Positions 22,792 to 29,187 of a DNA stretch of 29,187 nucleotides are shown here, one piece after another. The notes under the pieces are model-generated. The model saw nothing but the letters and a program-made list of their open reading frames with translations, was not told the origin of the DNA and made no database searches. The first letter of the stretch is position 1. Each line of letters opens with the position of its first letter. The position numbers were made by a program, and so were the translations under genes. The stretch lies in NCBI GenBank assembly GCA_018672235.1, contig JABHGE010000032.1:1-29187 (forward strand). The letters run 5' to 3'. This stretch comes from Fidelibacterota bacterium. GTDB lineage: Bacteria; Fidelibacterota; Marinisomatia; Marinisomatales; Marinisomataceae.

Positions 22792-24092
22792 TTGAAAAAT
22801 TGAGAAATATTTTTGCTATTCCTGAACTTAGAAGCAAAATATTATTTACTCTAGGAATCTTAATGATTGTTAGATTAGGTGCTCAGGTACCTATTCCTGG
22901 TATTGACCCTGAAGCTCTTCGCCAGACAATGGAGTCTCTAAATGACACTTTCTTTGGATTGTTTAATATGTTTACTGGAGGAGCATTTGGTCAAGCAGCT
23001 GTATTTGGATTAGGAATTATGCCATATATATCAGTTTCAATTGTTGTGCAGATACTTCAAACTACTCTTCCATATTTTCAAAGATTAGCACAAGAGGGTG
23101 AAAGCGGAAGAGCTAAGATTAATCAAATTATTAGATATGGTACGGTAATTCTGGCTCTTGTTCAATCTATCGGTATTGCTTTTTTATTAGAAAGTTATGG
23201 TATTGTATTAGATCCAGGTTTTGCCTTTAGATTTACTGCAGTAGTTTCTATAACAACAGGTACAATGTTATTACTTTGGCTTGGTGAAAAAATTACAGAA
23301 CATGGTATAGGTAATGGTATATCACTTGTTATTATGGTTGGAATTTTAGCAGCATTTCCGAATGTTGTTTTATCTGAGATTTCATATTTCCAGCAAGGTG
23401 TAAGAGGTATTCTATCAGAACTTTCTCTTGCAATTTTATTCTTCTTTTTAGTTATGTTAATTATACTCATACAGCAAGGCCTGAGAAAAGTACCTGTGCA
23501 GTATGCTAGAAGAATTGTTGGAAGAAAAGTTTATGGAGGACAATCTACCTATCTTCCTTTAAAAATTAATACAGCAGGAGTTATACCTATTATATTTGCG
23601 CAATCTATATTGCTAATTCCTGGCACGATTGCAACCTTTATGGGTCAAGATGCGACTCAGTCTAATTTTATGTCTTGGTTTGCAATGGATCATTGGTTTT
23701 CAAATGTATGTTTTGCATTGTTGATTGTATTTTTTACTTATTTTTACACTGCATTACAATTTGACCCAAATCAAGTAGCTTCTACTTTGAAGCAACAGGG
23801 AGGATTTATTCCCGGAGTGAAGCCAGGAAAAAAGACAGCACAATTTATAGAAAACATTCTTACTAGAGTGACACTTCCAGGCGCATGCTTTCTTGGATTT
23901 ATTGCTTTGATGCCATACTTCTTACAACAATTAGTTGGTTTAGATTATAGTTATGCTTCATTTTTTGGAGGAACTAGTCTATTGATTATCGTTGGCGTTG
24001 GATTAGATACTTTGAGTCAAGTGGAAACACACTTATTATCTAGGCATTATGATGGATTTCTTTCAAAAGGTAAAGTTAGAGGAAGAAGATAG
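22788..24092 (+). CDS. secY: Preprotein translocase subunit SecY (GTG start)
   Basis: LGIMPYI, GIGNGISL, AGVIPIIFA, IPGVKPG, GGTSLLI motifs; multiple TM segments. Confidence 0.99.
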   Translation: MIEKLRNIFAIPELRSKILFTLGILMIVRLGAQVPIPGIDPEALRQTMESLNDTFFGLFNMFTGGAFGQAAVFGLGIMPYISVSIVVQILQTTLPYFQRLAQEGESGRAKINQIIRYGTVILALVQSIGIAFLLESYGIVLDPGFAFRFTAVVSITTGTMLLLWLGEKITEHGIGNGISLVIMVGILAAFPNVVLSEISYFQQGVRGILSELSLAILFFFLVMLIILIQQGLRKVPVQYARRIVGRKVYGGQSTYLPLKINTAGVIPIIFAQSILLIPGTIATFMGQDATQSNFMSWFAMDHWFSNVCFALLIVFFTYFYTALQFDPNQVASTLKQQGGFIPGVKPGKKTAQFIENILTRVTLPGACFLGFIALMPYFLQQLVGLDYSYASFFGGTSLLIIVGVGLDTLSQVETHLLSRHYDGFLSKGKVRGRR

Positions 24093-24841
24093 TGGTTGAT
24101 TTAAATAATACAAATCAGGTATCTCAAATGACTGAGAGTTGTCAGATTTTATCTGATACGCTCAATATGATTGAAAGTCATGTTAAGCCAGGTCAATCCG
24201 TTGTCGAGTTAGATAGATTGGCAGAAGAGTATATTCTATCTAGAGATGCTAAACCTGCATTTAAGGGTTATAATAACTTCCCTTCAACTTTAACAGTGTC
24301 AATTGATGATGAAGTAGTGCATGGTATACCAAAAGATGTCGTTCTAGAAGAAGGTCAGATTGTAGGTATAGATTGTGGAGTATTAAAGAATAACTATTAT
24401 AGCGATTCAGCAAGAACGCTAGCTGTTGGAAAAATTTCAAAAGAAAAACAATTATTATTAAGTATTACAAAAGAAGCATTAGATATAGGAATCAGCAAGG
24501 CAGTGGTAGGAAATCGCATATTTGATATTAGCGACGCAATACAAAAGCATGTAGAGTCAAAAGGTTATTCAATAGTGAGAGAGCTAGTAGGGCATGGAAT
24601 TGGTACTCAATTACATCTTGAGCCACAAGTTCCTAATTTTTCTACTCCTAGAAGCGCTGATCATGATATCGAGTTAAAAGAAGGTATGTGTTTAGCAATT
24701 GAACCTATGGTAAACTTAGGATCAAGATATATTAAAACCGACTCAGATGGATGGACAATTAGGACGCAAGATGGACAGCCAAGTGCACACTTTGAACATT
24801 CAATTCTTATTACTAAGTTGCAACCCAGAATTTTAACATAA
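24092..24841 (+). CDS. map: Type I methionine aminopeptidase (GTG start)
   Basis: VVHGIP and metal-ligand motifs IDCG, SDSART, GHGIG, IEPM, HFEH. Confidence 0.97.
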   Translation: MVDLNNTNQVSQMTESCQILSDTLNMIESHVKPGQSVVELDRLAEEYILSRDAKPAFKGYNNFPSTLTVSIDDEVVHGIPKDVVLEEGQIVGIDCGVLKNNYYSDSARTLAVGKISKEKQLLLSITKEALDIGISKAVVGNRIFDISDAIQKHVESKGYSIVRELVGHGIGTQLHLEPQVPNFSTPRSADHDIELKEGMCLAIEPMVNLGSRYIKTDSDGWTIRTQDGQPSAHFEHSILITKLQPRILT

Positions 24842-25065
24842 TGGCAAAACAAGAATCAATAGAAGTAGAGGGAGTAATTAAAGAGGCTTTACCCGGTGCT
24901 AGGTTTAGAGTGATTATTAACTTAGGCGGTAAAGATCATGAAGTACTTGCTCACGTAAGCGGAAAAATGCGTATGCATTTTATTAAAATGCTACCTGGAG
25001 ATAAGGTTGATTTACAATTATCTCCCTATGATTTAAACAGAGGAAGAATTACCTTTAGGCAATAA
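24841..25065 (+). CDS. infA: Translation initiation factor IF-1
   Basis: [23 protein letters not shown] motifs. Confidence 0.99.
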   Translation: MAKQESIEVEGVIKEALPGARFRVIINLGGKDHEVLAHVSGKMRMHFIKMLPGDKVDLQLSPYDLNRGRITFRQ

Positions 25066-25067
25066 TT

Positions 25068-25184
25068 ATGAAAGTTAGAGCATCAGTAAAGAAAAGAACA
25101 CGTGATTGCGTTATTGTACGTCGAAAAGGACGTGTTTACGTTATCAATAAAAAGAACCCTAGATTTAAGCAGAGGCAAGGATAA
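25068..25184 (+). CDS. rpmJ: 50S ribosomal protein L36, zinc-independent form (absent from ORF track)
   Basis: Hand translation: [38 protein letters not shown] (38 aa). Confidence 0.98.
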   Translation: MKVRASVKKRTRDCVIVRRKGRVYVINKKNPRFKQRQG

Positions 25185-25561
25185 TGGCTAGAATAGCAGG
25201 TGTAGATATACCCAAAGATAAGAAAGTTTCATATTCGTTGCGTTATGTTCATGGTATTGGACTTAACACTGCAATGAAAGTATGTGAATTAGCAAAAGTA
25301 GATCCAAATGTAAGAGTTACTGATTTAAGCTCTAAAGATGAAGATGCAATTAGAAAAGTAATTGTAGACTTAAGATTATTGATTGAGGGTGAATTAAGAA
25401 GTGAAAATTTAAGAAATGTTAAAAGACTACAAGATATTGGTAGTTATAGGGGAGTAAGACATAGAAAATCTCTTCCAGTAAGAGGCCAAAGAACAAAAAC
25501 TAATTCTAGAACAAAAAGAAGTGGAAGAAAACAAACAATGTCACTTAAGAAGGCAGCATAG
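25184..25561 (+). CDS. rpsM: 30S ribosomal protein S13
   Basis: MARIAGV and YRGVRH-LPVRGQRTKTN motifs. Confidence 0.99.
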   Translation: MARIAGVDIPKDKKVSYSLRYVHGIGLNTAMKVCELAKVDPNVRVTDLSSKDEDAIRKVIVDLRLLIEGELRSENLRNVKRLQDIGSYRGVRHRKSLPVRGQRTKTNSRTKRSGRKQTMSLKKAA

Positions 25562-25564
25562 TAT

Positions 25565-25951
25565 ATGGAAACAAGAACTAGATCAAAAAAGAATAAGAAA
25601 AAGATAAACCCAAACGGTATTGTTCACATCAAGGCGACGTTCAATAATACGAATATCACCATATCTGATGAAAATGGAAATGTTATTGCTTGGGCTACTG
25701 CAGGTAAAGCAGGGTTTAAAGGTTCTAGAAAAAATACAGCATATGCAGCTACTATAGCTTCAGAGAAAGTAGCTAGTGAAGTAGTAAGTATGGGTATGGC
25801 AAGAGTATCCGTTAGAGTTAAGGGTCCTGGAGCAGGTAGAGAATCAGCTATCAGAGCATTATCTGGTGCTGGCTTACAAGTAACGTCAATAGCAGATGTG
25901 ACACCATTGCCTCATAATGGATGTCGACCTAAAAAACAAAGAAGAGTTTAA
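25565..25951 (+). CDS. rpsK: 30S ribosomal protein S11
   Basis: [24 protein letters not shown] motifs. Confidence 0.99.
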   Translation: METRTRSKKNKKKINPNGIVHIKATFNNTNITISDENGNVIAWATAGKAGFKGSRKNTAYAATIASEKVASEVVSMGMARVSVRVKGPGAGRESAIRALSGAGLQVTSIADVTPLPHNGCRPKKQRRV

Positions 25952-25956
25952 AAAAT

Positions 25957-26571
25957 ATGGCAAAATTAAATACACCTAAAGGTAAATTAGTTAGAAAGCT
26001 TGGAGTTAATATTTTTGGTAATCCTAAGTTCGATAGATTATTATCAAAAAAAGGATATAGACCTGGCCAGCATGGAAAAATGGGTAAACGTCCTTCAACT
26101 TACTCTCTGCAATTGCAAGAAAAACAAAAAATTAAATTCACATACGGTATGCTAGAAAAACAATTTAGAACTTATTTCAAAAAAGCCTCACAGATGAAAG
26201 GTGAAGCTGGATTCAATCTATTGGTTTTGCTTGAATCTAGATTAGATAATGTGGTTTACAAACTTGGCTTTGGTCCTACAAGATCAGCAGCAAGACAGCT
26301 TGTTAGTCATGCGCATTTTATGGTTAATGGTGGTAAGGTTAATATTGCATCTTATCGTTTAAAGCCTGGCGACGTTGTACAAGTCAGAGCTAAAAGTAAG
26401 AAATTAGATATTATATTAAATTCTATGAAAATGATTAAAGGCGATTTGAGTGTTTCTTGGCTTTCTGTTGATAAAGCTAAAATGGAAGGAACATTTGTTA
26501 ATTATCCAGAGAGAGATGAAATTGATTTAACTATGAATGAACAATTAGTTGTTGAATACTATTCAAGATAA
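25957..26571 (+). CDS. rpsD: 30S ribosomal protein S4 (no Zn ribbon)
   Basis: PGQHG, EKQK, LESRLDN, ARQLVSH, VVEYYSR; no Cys. Confidence 0.99.
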   Translation: MAKLNTPKGKLVRKLGVNIFGNPKFDRLLSKKGYRPGQHGKMGKRPSTYSLQLQEKQKIKFTYGMLEKQFRTYFKKASQMKGEAGFNLLVLLESRLDNVVYKLGFGPTRSAARQLVSHAHFMVNGGKVNIASYRLKPGDVVQVRAKSKKLDIILNSMKMIKGDLSVSWLSVDKAKMEGTFVNYPERDEIDLTMNEQLVVEYYSR

Positions 26572-26581
26572 AGGAAAAAAA

Positions 26582-27547
26582 ATGAGCAATGATTTAAAAT
26601 TTAAGATTTCACATAAAATAATTGAGGACAATTCAAGCAACTTTCTTATCAAGCCACTTGAAAGAGGCTATGGAATAACTGTTGGAAATTCTTTAAGAAG
26701 AGCTTTATTAACTGCAGTGCCCGGCGCAGCTATTACAAATGTCAAGATTGAAGGTGCTTTGCATGAATTTTCAAGTCTTGATGGAATAAAAGAAGATATT
26801 GCTGATGTAATTATGAATTTAAAAGGAGTAAGGTTTCACTTATTTGAAAGTTCAGTCGAGCCTATTTTCTTAAAAATTAAAGGTAAAAAAACATTTACAG
26901 CAGCGGATATTCAAGCTGTAAGTGACGATTTCACAATCTTAAATCCTGATCATTATATTACAGATATTTCAAAGGGAACCACCCTTGAATTAGAATTAAG
27001 ATTAGGAATTGGTAAGGGGTATAAATCTAGCGAAGAAAATAAGCTAAATAATTCACCTGTTGGAATGATACCAATTGATAGTATTTTTAATCCTGTTACA
27101 CAGGTAGCATTTAATGTTTCTCCATTACCTGGAGCAAAAGAAGATTTAGAAATGCTGTCTTTAGATGTTAAAACAGATGGATCTATCAGTCCTATTGATG
27201 CAGTTAGTTATTGTTCTTCTGTTCTTTCTGAACATTATAATATTATTAACTCTATTAGCAATCCTTCTGTATTAGAAATTGATAAACCTGTTAGTGAGGA
27301 AATTCTACAGATTCGTAAACTTCTTGGATCTTCAATTGATGAAATGGAATTGTCAGTAAGAAGTCACAACTGTTTAGAAGCTGCTGGAATCACTCTAATT
27401 GGTGAATTGGTAGACAAAGACGAAGCAGAGATGCTTGATTATAAAAACTTTGGCCGTAAATCACTTAATGAGTTGATTGAAAAGCTTGAAACTATGGGTC
27501 TAAAATTCGGAATGGATACTAGTCCTTATGTGGAAGATGAAGTATAA
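26582..27547 (+). CDS. rpoA: RNA polymerase alpha subunit
   Basis: PLERGYGITVGNSLRR, HEFS, LSVRSHNCL, NFGRKSL. ATG26582 has AAGGA upstream. Confidence 0.98.
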   Translation: MSNDLKFKISHKIIEDNSSNFLIKPLERGYGITVGNSLRRALLTAVPGAAITNVKIEGALHEFSSLDGIKEDIADVIMNLKGVRFHLFESSVEPIFLKIKGKKTFTAADIQAVSDDFTILNPDHYITDISKGTTLELELRLGIGKGYKSSEENKLNNSPVGMIPIDSIFNPVTQVAFNVSPLPGAKEDLEMLSLDVKTDGSISPIDAVSYCSSVLSEHYNIINSISNPSVLEIDKPVSEEILQIRKLLGSSIDEMELSVRSHNCLEAAGITLIGELVDKDEAEMLDYKNFGRKSLNELIEKLETMGLKFGMDTSPYVEDEV

Positions 27548-27967
27548 ATGAGAAAAAGAATATCAGCTAGAAAGTTTGGTAAGTCTACTGCTCATAGAAA
27601 AGCAATGATGTCTAATATGGCAAGCTCATTAATTGAGCATAAACGTATTAAAACTACACATCAAAAAGCTTTAGAGCTGAGAAAGTTTATTGAACCGATG
27701 ATCACTAAAGCTAAAGAAAAAACTGTTCATAATAGAAGAGCAGTGCTGAAGAAAATTCATAACTCAGATGCCGTAAAAACTTTATTTGATGTTATTGCTC
27801 CAGTTTATACAGATAGACCGGGTGGATATACTCGCATTATTAAGCTTGGTACTAGAACAAACGATGCAGCTAAAATCTCTTTAATTGAATTTGTAGACAA
27901 GGCTCAATTCAAAGTCGATGAAGTAGTTCCTGTTGAGCTAGAAGAAGCACCAAAAGAAGATAGTTAA
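27548..27967 (+). CDS. rplQ: 50S ribosomal protein L17
   Basis: AHRKAM, IKTT-KA, RPGGYTRIIK; short acidic tail. Confidence 0.99.
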   Translation: MRKRISARKFGKSTAHRKAMMSNMASSLIEHKRIKTTHQKALELRKFIEPMITKAKEKTVHNRRAVLKKIHNSDAVKTLFDVIAPVYTDRPGGYTRIIKLGTRTNDAAKISLIEFVDKAQFKVDEVVPVELEEAPKEDS

Positions 27968-28407
27968 ATTTCTCTTATTATCTTTTTTAAGTACTTTTCA
28001 TCTATTTGATCAAAATCATCTAATTCTTTTGAATCAATATCAAGAACATACTCTTTGTTGTTTTTAGTGAATGGTATAGCAATCTCAGATTTACTATTCA
28101 TATCACATATGATATGATTTTTAAACTTGGTTACATCACCTACAATTAAAACACTTTTTTTTGTTAGGGATTGCCCACATACACCATTCATGTCAATTGG
28201 ACTGCAAGGTATGTTGTCTGAATAATATTCTGATATCTCTAATTGAGTTTCTTTTTTTATATAAAGACCACAAAAAATCCAATCTTCAAATTCATTGTAT
28301 AGGTATTTAATAATATTATCGACTTTATTTTTCTTATTTAAAGAATTAAAGAATTGAATTGATTTTTGGTATTTTTTTTCTTTTACATTAGATTGAGTGA
28401 TATTCAT
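27964..28407 (-). CDS. msrC: GAF-domain protein, probable free methionine-(R)-sulfoxide reductase (fRMsr/MsrC/YebR family)
   Basis: IPC, GVCG, HIICD-NSKSEIAIP and VLDIDS...FDQID match the fRMsr pattern, including its three Cys. ATG28407 preferred; TTG28422 is an alternative. Confidence 0.75.
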   Translation of the reverse strand: MNITQSNVKEKKYQKSIQFFNSLNKKNKVDNIIKYLYNEFEDWIFCGLYIKKETQLEISEYYSDNIPCSPIDMNGVCGQSLTKKSVLIVGDVTKFKNHIICDMNSKSEIAIPFTKNNKEYVLDIDSKELDDFDQIDEKYLKKIIREI

Positions 28408-29187
28408 GATTAAAAATAACAAATATTCTAAAGATACAATAATAGTTTCTGGGATGCCTAGAACTGCTACGACGATAGTTGGTAGGCTTATATCGTATAA
28501 AATGCCTTATAGTACCATTTATGAGCCATTTAATATATCTCAAGGCTTGAAATCGGTAGATATTAATTATCTTATCCCAAACTCTAATATCAGTGAGTAT
28601 AATTTTGATAAAATTTTTAACGGTCTATTAAATTTAGATGGACAATTTAGATTGGGTGTGAAGCTTAATGACTCATCATTAAAAAAAATAATCAAATATA
28701 TTATTGGAAATGAATCATCTATTTCTTTCAAGAAGGCAAAATATGTTTCTAGAAAAAGAGGTTTAATCCTAAAAGATCCATTTTTACTATTTGCCTCTAA
28801 GTATATAGCTAAGAATCATAAGGTGATTATGTGTGAAAGACCGCTACTTCCTTTGGCGGGGAGCTTTAAAAGGATGTCTTGGTCATTTGATGAATATAGT
28901 CGATTGCTAAAAGATTTCAATATTATTGATATCGATATTCAAAAACCTAATCAGTTTAATAATGGTAATATTTCACCTTTTGTAATCGGAGCGATACAGT
29001 TTTTTTATCTTTACTCTGTATTTAAGAGGAACCTTCTAAATGATGATAATATCTACATGTTTGATCAAAATGAATTATCTGTTAATCCCAATCAGTCAAT
29101 TATGTCATTATTCGATTGGCTAAATATAGATTATTCAAAAAATGATATAGATAAAATAGTAATAAATATTTCAGGTTCATCTAAAAA
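28406..29187 (+). CDS. PAPS-dependent sulfotransferase-family protein, 3' end outside window (absent from ORF track)
   Basis: Open for 260 codons to the window end. It contains TIIVSGMPRTATT (5'-PSB-like loop), YEPF, LILKDP, ERPLLPLAGS (3'-PB-like) and QNELSVNP...LFDWLNI. An in-frame TGA at 28394 limits the start to GTG28397 or ATG28406. Confidence 0.75.
   Translation, partial: MIKNNKYSKDTIIVSGMPRTATTIVGRLISYKMPYSTIYEPFNISQGLKSVDINYLIPNSNISEYNFDKIFNGLLNLDGQFRLGVKLNDSSLKKIIKYIIGNESSISFKKAKYVSRKRGLILKDPFLLFASKYIAKNHKVIMCERPLLPLAGSFKRMSWSFDEYSRLLKDFNIIDIDIQKPNQFNNGNISPFVIGAIQFFYLYSVFKRNLLNDDNIYMFDQNELSVNPNQSIMSLFDWLNIDYSKNDIDKIVINISGSSK

Noticed and set aside
240..24852. Minus-strand and off-frame ORFs in the track (e.g. 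240-533, 1473-1727, 5051-5746, 8958-9263, 12279-12779, 13232-13426, 15144-15503, 19752-19952, 23195-23470)
   Set aside because: They lie wholly within conserved genes, have Ser/Phe/Ile-rich shadow composition, and show no recognisable motifs.
95..26581. Longer starts in the ORF track for secE (95), nusG (283), rplF (20704) and rpoA (26549)
   Set aside because: They overlap the tRNA or upstream CDSs, and downstream ATGs give canonical N-termini.
27964..28408. msrC-like gene as a TTAA-targeting transposon or invertible cassette
   Set aside because: The ends differ (TTAA versus CATG), and there is no target duplication, terminal inverted repeat or recombinase.
28340..28470. Specific promoter calls for the msrC-like and sulfotransferase genes
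   Set aside because: There are many -10-like hexamers but no well-spaced -35/-10 pair, so they cannot be distinguished from background.
1..29187. CRISPR arrays, IS elements, prophage or defence genes
   Set aside because: No repeat-spacer periodicity and no such proteins; almost every base is accounted for by identified genes.

Overview
This AT-rich bacterial window is almost entirely a core translation/transcription super-cluster on the + strand. The order is: 3' end of rpmG, tRNA-Trp(CCA), secE-nusG-rplKAJL-rpoBC, rpsL-rpsG-fusA fused directly to the S10 operon (no tuf), the spc operon, secY-map-infA-rpmJ (no adk), and the alpha operon to rplQ. Protein signatures (Bacteroidota-like L36, C-terminal RpoC insert, fusA-rpsJ adjacency) point to the FCB superphylum. 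The low GC and extreme compaction suggest a streamlined lineage such as Marinimicrobia/SAR406, which is inference only. After rplQ comes a minus-strand GAF protein (fRMsr/MsrC-like) and a plus-strand sulfotransferase-like ORF that runs off the window end and was missed by the ORF track, as were rpmJ and rpmG. I found no mobile element, CRISPR array or clearly new multi-gene system. The most notable observations are: (1) the msrC-like gene shares its stop codon region with rplQ (TTAA) and its start codon region with the sulfotransferase (CATG), leaving no intergenic space; (2) there is no room for classical r-protein leaders; (3) an ATAATTATG junction motif recurs five times; (4) normally conserved sites in RpoB, S5, S12 and RpoA carry unusual substitutions.
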